From Candidatus Zhuqueibacterota bacterium (GTDB lineage Bacteria; Zhuqueibacterota; Zhuqueibacteria; Oceanimicrobiales; Oceanimicrobiaceae): DNA of 64,000 nucleotides. The DNA lies in NCBI GenBank assembly GCA_029261995.1, contig JAJDAF010000050.1, positions 215,152 to 279,151 on the forward strand, read 5' to 3'. Within the stretch, counting starts at the first letter, position 1, and every line of letters starts with the position of its first letter. Position numbers and translations under genes: made by a program. The notes below the pieces were generated by a model, which ran no database searches, was not told where the DNA came from, and worked only from the letters and a program-made list of their open reading frames with translations. Below are positions 26,644 to 36,076 of the stretch, piece by piece.

Positions 26644-28182
26644 ATGTCGGCCCTGCAGAAAAAAATGAGGATGCTGAGCTACTACGACAGACTGGCAATC
26701 GCCTTTAGCATACTCATGTTTGCGGTCTTGCTGGTCGTTGGTTCGTACCATAGAATGGGCGGCTACGGCGTAGAGACCGACTTCTACTGGTCGTACGCCC
26801 CAGATGCTCAGCGGATAGTGCAAGGGCAAACACCCCAGGAACCTGGCGTCGGGCCGGTTTATGCGCTCACTTTGGCATTTAGCAATTTGTTCGTGCAAGA
26901 CTGGTTTGTGAGTGGTAAGCTCCTGTCAATGTTTTCAGCCGTTCTGTGTGGTCTGTTTACCTTCAGTTTTATCAAACAGTTTTTCGATGACCGCCTTGGT
27001 TTTTTCACGCTTGTGCTCTGGCACGCTACGGTGCTGCCCTGGGCTATTGTCGCTTCGACAGATTTGTTCTTCGCCATGCTTGTCGCATTCTCCATCTATT
27101 TGATGTTTAGGGGAGGGCAGATAACAAACACAAACCTCGTGCTCGCCGGCATTCTGATGGCCGTGACTTACATGACAAGGCACAATGCTGTGGTTCTGCC
27201 GATTGGCGTTGTGATGATTGTTGCCTTGATCAATCCGGATGAATGGACATGGAGCAAGCGTTTGCAGGGGCTGGCGGTCTTCGCCGGCGCATTTGCCCTG
27301 GCCAGCCTACCCTGGTCGATTGTTCAGTTGATGAGCAGCGAACCAGCGGTTCGAGGTGATAGCTATCTCATTATAGCCAGCCATTTTTATGGCGCGCCAG
27401 GCGTGGTATCTTCAGAGGATATGAGACTGGCGGCCGGAAAATTCGACTCTTTATCCTCGGTCGTGTTTTACGATCTCGGGCATTTTGTAAAGCACTATCT
27501 ATCAAATCTATATCGCCACTTTTACAAAGTGCTTATTACATCCATCAGATTCCCGACTTTTCTGTTCGTCGCGGCGGGCGCGTTTGCTTTGGTCACCCGG
27601 ATGAGTCGCAAACAGGCATCCTTGTTTGTCTTTCCCGCACTGAGTTTCCTGTTGCTTTGTCTGGTGCACTATGAGCCCCGCTACTACCTGTATCTGGTTT
27701 CGTTTTTTATCATGCCTGCGGCCTACTTTCTATTCAGTGATGATGCAATAGACGGTGGCGCAAACGCAGGTGTCTTGAGGTGGATAAAATATGCAGCTTT
27801 TGGCCTGACCGTCCTGTTTGTTTTAATTTCATCGACTCGGGAAGTCAGACAGAATATCAGTGGCGAGCCTAGAGAGTTGCTCGAAATGGCTGCTGAATTA
27901 CGCCAGAAAGCGGATAACCATGAGGCCATCATCGCGAGGAAACCTCACCTGGGATTTCTGACCGAGCGAGAGACTGTCTACTTTCCCGAAGCATCTACGT
28001 TGCCCATGCTGCTTGAATATGCTGCCGCGGAAAACGCCGGCTATCTGTTGTACGGCGAGATGGAAGCCCAGCGCCGGCCAGAACTCAACTTCTTGTTGGA
28101 GCCAGACGGCCTGCCAGATGAGTTGGAACCGATCTTCGTCTGGGACAATCCCAGGACAGTCGTCTATAAAATAAGAATCTAA
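26644..28182 (+). CDS. GT-C fold glycosyltransferase (ArnT/PMT, GT39/GT83-like) integral membrane protein
   Basis: About 11-12 TM segments; acidic first loop (VETDFYWSY), PGVGPVY, STDLFF, YMTRHN, HYEPRYYL; small soluble C-terminal domain. Confidence 0.72.
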   Translation: MSALQKKMRMLSYYDRLAIAFSILMFAVLLVVGSYHRMGGYGVETDFYWSYAPDAQRIVQGQTPQEPGVGPVYALTLAFSNLFVQDWFVSGKLLSMFSAVLCGLFTFSFIKQFFDDRLGFFTLVLWHATVLPWAIVASTDLFFAMLVAFSIYLMFRGGQITNTNLVLAGILMAVTYMTRHNAVVLPIGVVMIVALINPDEWTWSKRLQGLAVFAGAFALASLPWSIVQLMSSEPAVRGDSYLIIASHFYGAPGVVSSEDMRLAAGKFDSLSSVVFYDLGHFVKHYLSNLYRHFYKVLITSIRFPTFLFVAAGAFALVTRMSRKQASLFVFPALSFLLLCLVHYEPRYYLYLVSFFIMPAAYFLFSDDAIDGGANAGVLRWIKYAAFGLTVLFVLISSTREVRQNISGEPRELLEMAAELRQKADNHEAIIARKPHLGFLTERETVYFPEASTLPMLLEYAAAENAGYLLYGEMEAQRRPELNFLLEPDGLPDELEPIFVWDNPRTVVYKIRI

Positions 28183-28372
28183 TGAAGGGCAAAATGGAGC
28201 TGTGACCTCAGGGGCGGATAGCGCGATGAGCTAGCAGAATGAGACTGCGTTGGGAGGAAAACAACGACCAGTTCACCACCAGGGACTTCAAATGAAAGCA
28301 ACGGACGTAAACATCTTGGGTCAGAGAGCAGACGGAATTGCTGGAGAATCAAGCATCAGGAGAAAGATTAAC

Positions 28373-31300
28373 ATGACTAAGTTCCACAGCACCCGCATCG
28401 TCGCAATGGTTATGCTGACCACATTTTTTGCACTGGGTTTGACTGCGAACACTAGCGCGCAAGTAAAGATAATGCCACTTGGCGATTCGATCACCAGAGG
28501 AGTCAGCGGCGCAACCGACGATGCTGGTTACCGAAATGACCTGGCGTCCTTGCTGGCTGGCGGCGGACTTTTTTTTAACTTCGTCGGTTCTCAAGTGGAT
28601 GGTTCAGGCTTTGATCCGAGCCACGAGGGACATGACGGATTTCGGGCCGATCAGATTCGCGACAACGTCATCAGCTACCTGAACGGCGCTTTCACCACCA
28701 ATGAAACCGGAATCATCATCCTGATGGTTGGAACAAATGACATCTCAAGCGACCAGACACCTGAGACAACGCGAGATGAGATTGAAGGCATCATCGATGC
28801 AATTCATGCATACAACGCCAACCTCAAGATCATTCTCTCCAGTGTCGTGCCGCGTACAGATGAGAAGGATGCACAGACCACTTCGCTCAACAACTTGATT
28901 GAAGCTCTGTTCTATAAGAAGCGTGACGATGAAGGCCGCAATTTGTTCTACGCGGGCAGCAACGAGGTTTTTAAACAGAACGCAGGTTGGGCAGTTGACT
29001 ATTTCGCTGACTCGGTTCACCCCAATGACACCGGATACAATCAACTTGCCGAAGTGTTCTTCAACGCAGTGATGGTGGCTTTCAACAGCACAAGCACTGA
29101 GGTTACCGATAATTTCCAGCGCGTCAGCCTGGGCACGACTTGGGACGCAGACCCGGAAGTGCAAATTCAAAGTGGCGACCTCGCAAATACCGCAACCAGC
29201 GGCGGAGGCTCGTGGGACCAGATGGCGACCTACCGGGGCATCAAGAACCCGACAAGTATCGCCGTGAAATGGGCTGCCGATGCTGACGTGGCAGGCCTCA
29301 CGGAGGCTGGTCTGGCTCTGCTGCTCAATGCCGCTACGAAAGATGCCGACGGCTATCTTGCCTGGATTAGTCCTGCAGACAACCAGCTTCGCCTTTGGAC
29401 GATCAATAACGGTAGTACCGATCAAGATCTTCTGGCCAGCAACCCCAGCAGCCAGGCTTCGCCCCCGGGCGCAGGAGACATTTTGCAGGTCGATGTTGCC
29501 GTCACGCTCAGCAACATCCAATTTGATTACTATGTTAACACTGTATTTGCAGGCTCCGTGTCGATTACAAATCCCGGACTGACTGGCGAACGTTACTCCG
29601 GCATCCTTTCAAAACATAGCCTGAAGAACGATGTCGCGGAGTTCTCGATTAAGAAGACATCAGACACCACACCGCCCGATGCGATTGACAATCTGATCGC
29701 GACTTCTCCGACCGCAACCTCTCTCACGCTTAACTGGACATCGACAGGTGATGACGGCAACACAGGCCAGGCCTCTAGCTACGATGTCAGGTTCTCCACC
29801 TTCAATATCAATGAGGCGAACTTCGAGCAGGCTGTGCCGGCCACAGACGCTCCTGCGCCGGCATTGTCGGGAACTGCTGAGAGTTTTGTTGTTTCGGCAC
29901 TACAGCCGGGCACACAGTACAATTTTGCTCTCAAGATCATTGACGAGGCGGGCAATGCTTCCGCCATCTCAAACATCGCGTCAGCGACAACGGTTGCCGG
30001 CAATGTTGTGGTTGACGAGTTCAATCGTAGTACGCTGGGCTCGGAATGGACCACGGCGCCTGATTACGCGATCGTCAATAACCAATTGGCCAACACATCC
30101 TTGTCCGACATCCAGTGGAACGAGATGGCGGTTTACAATGCGCGCAAGAAGCCAAATGAAGTCTCCTTCAAGTGGGGCGATAATGCGGACGCCGGCGGCA
30201 TCGATCAGGGTGCTTTCTTTATTGCAGTCGGCGCGGCAAGCGCAAATGCCAACGGTTATGCGATTTCCCGGCGAACAGCGGCCAACGAACTACGCTTGTG
30301 GCGGGTTGAAGATGGTGAAATCACTAGCGTCGTCGAGAAAAACACCTCGCCGCTGCTTTCAGCGCCGCAGCCAGGGGATGTTGTCAAGGTTCAGATTACG
30401 GTCGATGAGTTCGGAAATCGCTTCGACTTCTACAAGAATGGCGTCCTGGATGGACGAGTGGAAGATACTGGGCTCATTCACGACATGACAGGTGACTACT
30501 GGGTGGGAGTTGCGCTACGCGGCAACCGCAATAACGATCTTGATGATTTCACCATTCTTCTTGAGCTGGGTACTCCCTCGCGATTTGAAGTTGCAGCAGG
30601 TGACGCGCAGGTTGACACCGTAAGCCAGGAGTTGCCCACGCCAATCACCGTTCGCGTCACCGATGATGCCGGTAGCCCGATTCAAGGCATCAACGTGAAT
30701 TTCGCTGTTATCGCGGGCGGAGGTTCAGTCGATGTGGCGCCACCAAAAGACGACATTGTCATCGAGGCAGAGCAAGGAGTTCTCAACTCACCGATGGTGA
30801 CCGCTACCGACGCCAACGCATCGAAGGGGCAATATATTCACGTTCCGGATGGAGGCGGTGGTGATGCCCAGAACCCTGGCATCGCGACCTTCACAATCAA
30901 TATTGAGACTGCTGGCAACTACATCATGTGGGGCCGGGCAATTTTTCCGAATGCCAACGCAGATGCCTATAAGGTACTTGTAGACGGCACAGCTTACAAC
31001 TGGGACATCGGCCAGAGGATTCATCAGCCAGACTGGACATGGGACGCGTTGACACACCGGGGCAGTGGCTCGGCTACAAACCCGGAGCTTGACCCGGTTG
31101 TTTTGAATCTGACTGTTGGCCTCCACACCATTAAGATTCAGGAGGCAAAAGATGGCGCAAAGCTTGACCAGTTCGTGATTACACGGCAAGGCTCGAGTTT
31201 CCTGCCGCCCGTCGATCAGGGCCCGGTTGAGGCAGGTGGCACATTTACCGATGCCACCGGTGAAGCCAACACCGTATGGAGAATCGGTCCGACCCCAGGA

Positions 31301-34300
31301 CTGAATCAGGTGCAGGCAACTGCGACTGGGTTTACGCCGCTAACTTTTTCGGCAACTGGCCGCGCCGGACGCGTGACGACGATTACCAAGGTTTCGGGTG
31401 ACAACGCGACTGGCGACCGCGGGCAACAGTTATCTCAGCCATTTATTGTGCAACTACGTGATGAGTTCGGCAATCTTGCTGCTGACGCTCCCACCACCTG
31501 GACGGTAATTACTGGAAACGGAACGCTCTCATCGTCCAACCCGGTAACCACCGATGCTCAAGGTCGGGCGCAAAGCACATTGACGCTTGCTACCGATACA
31601 GGGTTGAATGAAGTGCGAGTGACCGCAGTAGGTTACACTGGAGAAAACATCATATTCACCGCCACGCCAAATCCTGGCGCTCCGTCGGCCATTACTCTGC
31701 ATTCGGGCGACGGCCAGGTTGGGACAGCAAACAGCGCGTTGGCAACTCCCTTGCGGGTTCGTGTGACGGATGATATCGGTACGCCAGTGCCCAATCATAG
31801 TGTGACCTTTGCAGTAACGGGTGGCAACGGAAGTGTGAATCCAACCTCCACCACTACCGGTGCTGATGGCATAGCTGAGACAGTTTGGACACTTGGTTCG
31901 GAGATCGGTGTCGTGCATCAAGTGCAGGCCACCGCGGCTGGTGTACCGGGTTCCGTAACCTTCAGTGCCAGTGTGGCAACACCGGCGAGCTTCGAAGCTG
32001 TTTCGTCGCTGGCGCACCAGGGCATCGCGGGTATCCCGCTGCCCGATTCCATTAAGATTCGGGTCAAGGACACGTTGGGCAAGAACCTTCCGGGCTACCC
32101 CGTTGAGTTTAGTATCGTGACTCTTGGAGGATTCGAGCAGGGCAGTGTTAACGGTAGCACCGACCCGGTCACCGTGCACACAGGTCAGGACGGAATCGCA
32201 AGAGTCGAATGGCGGCTCGGCCCGCAGGCAGGCACCAACAACAACAAGCTTCGGGCTACGGCGACTTTCAACGACAGCCCGATCAACGGCGCACCCATCG
32301 AGTTTACTTCGTCAGCTCAGATTGGTTCTGCCACTCATCTTGTAGAAGTTTCTGGCAACAATCAAGGCGGTTTTATTGAAGCGCAACTGGCCCAGCCTTT
32401 TGTGGTTCAGGTGACTGACGGAAGCAACCCGGTGGAGAACTGGCTTGTTACCTTCGAGATGATTGAGGGCGGCGGCAAATTTCCGAATGGCCAGAGCGTG
32501 ATGACTCGCATTACGGATGCGAACGGTCGAGCCAGCATCAACTACACGCTTGGCAGTTCGGCCGGGACGCCGCAGAATCCTTTTAACAATGTCATTCACG
32601 CTATTGCGGAAAACAACAATCAGGCGTTGAGCGGTTCGCCAATCATCTTTCGCGCTTCGGCCTTGGCTTCTAGCGCATCTACTCTGGCGAGATTGGGTGG
32701 TGACGGCCAGCAGGGCGACGCAGGTCAACCGCTGCCCCAGGCCATTCAGGTCAAAGTGACGGATGACGCCGGCAATGGCATCGGCACTCACGATGTATTC
32801 TTCAAGGTAACCGCCGGTGGCGGAACCATCAACGGCGAGACTGCGACCGAGGTTCTGGTTCAGACGTCCGGAAATGGTGTCGCCAGCGTGAATTGGTACT
32901 TGGGCGGCGCACTTGGCGTGAACTCACAGAACCTGGAAGTTCGGGCCGATGATGGCATCAACCAACTCAGCGGCTCGCCAATGACTTTTCAGGCGACATC
33001 TATCGCCGGCGCAGTTGACCCGGCGGTATCGACCGTGACTTCAGACCTGAGCGCGGTGCAGGCCAATGGCATCGCCAAGGCGACAATTACGGTAACCCTG
33101 ACTGACAAGTTCGGGAATCCGATTCCAGGGAAGCCCGTGGTTCTCACTTCCACCGGCGGCGGCAACGTTTTTGCCCAACCGCTGACGCTGACAAACGCTA
33201 GCGGACAGGTTACCGGAACGCTGGCCTCAACGGTGGCTGAGCTCAAGACGGTCTCGGCGCAGATCACGGGAGGCATCTCACTGACATCTTCTGTCGATAT
33301 TTCCTTTATTCCGGAGCCGCCGGAGCGGGTCACCCTAAATCGCGGCAACAACCAGACTACCAACGTTGGCACGGCGGTTCAGGACCCAATCGAGATTCTC
33401 GTTACCGACCGGTTCAACAATCCGGTCCCAGGCGTCAATGTTCGATTTGAAGTCACGAGCGGCGGCGGTTTCATTCTCGAAACCAACGAGCCGGCGCCAT
33501 CTGAGTCACAATCTCAGGCGAACGAGACCGTTACCAACAGCGAAGGCAAGGCGTGGGGCGTTTGGATTTTGGGTTCTTCGCCAAATACCAACACCGCTAT
33601 CGCACGTGCGTTCTTCAGCAACCAGGAGTTGAGCGGCTCACCGGTTACTTTCACGGCCATCGGTGTTACCGCCTCCGCGACCCGAATGGAGGTTCATGCC
33701 GGCAACAATCAAGTCAATGAATACGCAGGCTTCGAACTGCCGGAAATGCTGGAAGTGAAGGTCACCGACAACAGTGGCAGGCCGGTTTCAGGCGTGACAG
33801 TGGATTTCAATGTCTCGCTCGGCGGTGGAACGCTGTCAGACACCGCGCCGAAATCCAATCACAACGGTCTTGCGCGCACCCACTTCACGCTTGGACCCAG
33901 CGTGGGAACAAATGAAGTCGGCGCATCAAACAGCAGTCTCTCCGGTTCGCCCATCATTTTCCGTTTCGAGAGCATTACCGGCGGGCCGTCTAAGATCACG
34001 ATTGACTCGGGAGACGGGGGGATAGCCACGGTTAATGGTGCTTTGGGTGTGGCGATGAAAATCACTGACTTATTTGACAATCCTGTTCGCGAAGCCGACA
34101 CCAATTTCGAAGTCGTTCAGGGCGGCGGCAGCGTCCTTGACAGCGACGCGCAAACCAACTCGCTTGGAGTCGCACGCGCGACGATTCTCATGCCACAGAA
34201 TGCCGGAGAAGTTTATGTTAAGGGCACAGCCGATGCCATGTCAGGCTTCTTCGTTACATTCAGGCTGCAGGCCCTGCCTGGCTCTGCTGCCAAGCTGGCC

Positions 34301-35728
34301 CTGTATGATGGCGACGGACAAGAAGGCACGATCGGGCGCTCCCTGGTTCAGCCATTGCAAGTGCAGGTGACAGATCAGTTTGACAATCCGGTGTCTGGCG
34401 TTTTGATTCGTTGGATTGGCACCATTGGTGGTGGTTCGGTTTCGCCTGCGGAATCCAACACGGATGAGAATGGGTTGGCCGCAACCAGTTTTTCAGTCGG
34501 TAGCCAACCTGGCACGAACAAAGCCCAGGCATTTTCATCGATTAGCCTCAATCCGTCTCAGATTGAGTTTACAGCGGTGGGAGTGGCGAACAACTTTCCG
34601 ATATTCACCAACCTTGCCGACCAAACGGTGACGGAAGGCAGTCCGCTGCAGTTCCAGGTCACAGCTCAGGACGATGACGGCGATCCGATTAGCTACGAGG
34701 CGCACAATCTGCCGCCAGGTGCTTCGTTCAGCTCGAACAGTGCTACCTTCGGTTGGACGCCCTCGGCGAGCCAGCAAGGCGAGTACCAAGTCACCTTCAT
34801 CGCCCGCGACAACCGCAACGGTCTGGATTCCGAGACAATCACCATCACGGTGAACAACAACAATAATCCGCCGCAGATCACGGCTTTTGAGCCAAGCCAG
34901 GCGAAATTAGACAGGGTTTGGGGTTCGGTGATTCGCTTTTCAGTGGATGTGTCAGATGCAGACGGCGACCAACTCACCTATCTCTGGCAACTGTTTGGCC
35001 CGTTCGTGCCAAACGGACAACTTTTGTCCACATCGCAATCCTTGGATTTCGACACGGGCAGTACCGAACCGGCCACCGATTCCGTCAGAGTGATTGTCTC
35101 CGACGGACAGGATGCCGACACTCTCAGCTGGGAAGTCAGCATCTTCGTCTCGGTTGAACTTTCCAGCTTCTCAGCGGAGTTTGCTGGATTCGAGGGTGTC
35201 AAAATCGCCTGGGGAACCAGCCGCGAAACAAGCAACACGGGCTTTGATATTTTCCGCAGCGACTCGAAAGATGGTGAGTACACAGCGGTCAACACTGAAC
35301 TCATCCCGCCGACAGAAGGTGGCGGGCTATACGAGTTTCACGACACAGAGGTAGAAGCCGGAAGGCGCTACTACTACCTCCTGGAAGATATGGACATCAA
35401 CGGCGTCCGCACCGAGCATGGTCCGATTCAGGTTGATGCTGCTGCACCCGAGACTTTCGCGATGAGCCAGAACTATCCGAATCCGTTCAATCCGGAAACC
35501 AAGATTCGCTATCAACTACCGAAGACCACGAAAGTCGTCATCAGAATTTTTGACATTCTGGGCCGTCAGACCCGGGTTCTTGTGGAAGACCGTAAAGAAG
35601 CCGGCTTCCATGTGGCAACATGGAATGCTCGTAACGATGATGGCACGAGGGTTGCGTCCGGAATCTATTATTTCACCATTTCAGCAGGTGAGTTTAAGAT
35701 GACAAAGAAGATGTTATTATTGAAGTAA
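28373..35728 (+). CDS. giant secreted protein: SGNH/GDSL hydrolase, beta-sandwich, FN3, beta-sandwich, Ig repeats (with inserted CBM-like domain), T9SS-type-A/FlgD-like CTD
   Basis: AGGAGA RBS and signal peptide from ATG 28373. SGNH blocks GDSIT, GTND, DSVHPN; FN3 DTTPPDAIDNL; about 10 G(D/N)xQ-led Ig repeats plus one Big_1-like; VELSSFSA domain; NYPNPFNPET...KKMLLLK. Confidence 0.85.
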   Translation: MTKFHSTRIVAMVMLTTFFALGLTANTSAQVKIMPLGDSITRGVSGATDDAGYRNDLASLLAGGGLFFNFVGSQVDGSGFDPSHEGHDGFRADQIRDNVISYLNGAFTTNETGIIILMVGTNDISSDQTPETTRDEIEGIIDAIHAYNANLKIILSSVVPRTDEKDAQTTSLNNLIEALFYKKRDDEGRNLFYAGSNEVFKQNAGWAVDYFADSVHPNDTGYNQLAEVFFNAVMVAFNSTSTEVTDNFQRVSLGTTWDADPEVQIQSGDLANTATSGGGSWDQMATYRGIKNPTSIAVKWAADADVAGLTEAGLALLLNAATKDADGYLAWISPADNQLRLWTINNGSTDQDLLASNPSSQASPPGAGDILQVDVAVTLSNIQFDYYVNTVFAGSVSITNPGLTGERYSGILSKHSLKNDVAEFSIKKTSDTTPPDAIDNLIATSPTATSLTLNWTSTGDDGNTGQASSYDVRFSTFNINEANFEQAVPATDAPAPALSGTAESFVVSALQPGTQYNFALKIIDEAGNASAISNIASATTVAGNVVVDEFNRSTLGSEWTTAPDYAIVNNQLANTSLSDIQWNEMAVYNARKKPNEVSFKWGDNADAGGIDQGAFFIAVGAASANANGYAISRRTAANELRLWRVEDGEITSVVEKNTSPLLSAPQPGDVVKVQITVDEFGNRFDFYKNGVLDGRVEDTGLIHDMTGDYWVGVALRGNRNNDLDDFTILLELGTPSRFEVAAGDAQVDTVSQELPTPITVRVTDDAGSPIQGINVNFAVIAGGGSVDVAPPKDDIVIEAEQGVLNSPMVTATDANASKGQYIHVPDGGGGDAQNPGIATFTINIETAGNYIMWGRAIFPNANADAYKVLVDGTAYNWDIGQRIHQPDWTWDALTHRGSGSATNPELDPVVLNLTVGLHTIKIQEAKDGAKLDQFVITRQGSSFLPPVDQGPVEAGGTFTDATGEANTVWRIGPTPGLNQVQATATGFTPLTFSATGRAGRVTTITKVSGDNATGDRGQQLSQPFIVQLRDEFGNLAADAPTTWTVITGNGTLSSSNPVTTDAQGRAQSTLTLATDTGLNEVRVTAVGYTGENIIFTATPNPGAPSAITLHSGDGQVGTANSALATPLRVRVTDDIGTPVPNHSVTFAVTGGNGSVNPTSTTTGADGIAETVWTLGSEIGVVHQVQATAAGVPGSVTFSASVATPASFEAVSSLAHQGIAGIPLPDSIKIRVKDTLGKNLPGYPVEFSIVTLGGFEQGSVNGSTDPVTVHTGQDGIARVEWRLGPQAGTNNNKLRATATFNDSPINGAPIEFTSSAQIGSATHLVEVSGNNQGGFIEAQLAQPFVVQVTDGSNPVENWLVTFEMIEGGGKFPNGQSVMTRITDANGRASINYTLGSSAGTPQNPFNNVIHAIAENNNQALSGSPIIFRASALASSASTLARLGGDGQQGDAGQPLPQAIQVKVTDDAGNGIGTHDVFFKVTAGGGTINGETATEVLVQTSGNGVASVNWYLGGALGVNSQNLEVRADDGINQLSGSPMTFQATSIAGAVDPAVSTVTSDLSAVQANGIAKATITVTLTDKFGNPIPGKPVVLTSTGGGNVFAQPLTLTNASGQVTGTLASTVAELKTVSAQITGGISLTSSVDISFIPEPPERVTLNRGNNQTTNVGTAVQDPIEILVTDRFNNPVPGVNVRFEVTSGGGFILETNEPAPSESQSQANETVTNSEGKAWGVWILGSSPNTNTAIARAFFSNQELSGSPVTFTAIGVTASATRMEVHAGNNQVNEYAGFELPEMLEVKVTDNSGRPVSGVTVDFNVSLGGGTLSDTAPKSNHNGLARTHFTLGPSVGTNEVGASNSSLSGSPIIFRFESITGGPSKITIDSGDGGIATVNGALGVAMKITDLFDNPVREADTNFEVVQGGGSVLDSDAQTNSLGVARATILMPQNAGEVYVKGTADAMSGFFVTFRLQALPGSAAKLALYDGDGQEGTIGRSLVQPLQVQVTDQFDNPVSGVLIRWIGTIGGGSVSPAESNTDENGLAATSFSVGSQPGTNKAQAFSSISLNPSQIEFTAVGVANNFPIFTNLADQTVTEGSPLQFQVTAQDDDGDPISYEAHNLPPGASFSSNSATFGWTPSASQQGEYQVTFIARDNRNGLDSETITITVNNNNNPPQITAFEPSQAKLDRVWGSVIRFSVDVSDADGDQLTYLWQLFGPFVPNGQLLSTSQSLDFDTGSTEPATDSVRVIVSDGQDADTLSWEVSIFVSVELSSFSAEFAGFEGVKIAWGTSRETSNTGFDIFRSDSKDGEYTAVNTELIPPTEGGGLYEFHDTEVEAGRRYYYLLEDMDINGVRTEHGPIQVDAAAPETFAMSQNYPNPFNPETKIRYQLPKTTKVVIRIFDILGRQTRVLVEDRKEAGFHVATWNARNDDGTRVASGIYYFTISAGEFKMTKKMLLLK

Positions 35729-35751
35729 TCGAAGAGTAGTTGCATCACGAC

Positions 35752-35788
35752 CCGCGCGAGGGTGCGCCTGCTCTCGCGCGGATTTTTT
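35752..35788 (+). terminator. Rho-independent terminator
   Basis: Stem CCGCGCGAG (35752-35760) / CTCGCGCGG (35773-35781) followed by ATTTTTT, 24 nt after the 35728 stop. Confidence 0.75.
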
Positions 35789-36076
35789 ACCATGACGTTT
35801 TTGCAGCTTTTGTCCGCGTGATGCCGAGCAGGCCGTAATTACCAGAATGGATGGAAGAGTCAAGACAAGGAGACCGAATGTAGAACGAATTGCGCAAGAC
35901 CTGATACTGCAACAACTTCATCATAAGCATCTTTCACTGCCCCACACTGAACTGCTTCTTTGTTTTGCTTCGACGTAGCCATACTTTGGTGACTAGATGG
36001 ATCTCATCCTCAACCGATTGTGCACGTGCAGCACACTACCCTTTAAGGAGGGTATGATTTTTTTTGGAGAAGGAAA

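Noticed and set aside
28250-28372. Upstream start codons in the ORF track (696, 2734, 10735, 16160, 19379, 22166, 28250)
   Set aside because: Downstream ATGs fit better, through RBS, signal-peptide placement or avoiding long overlaps.
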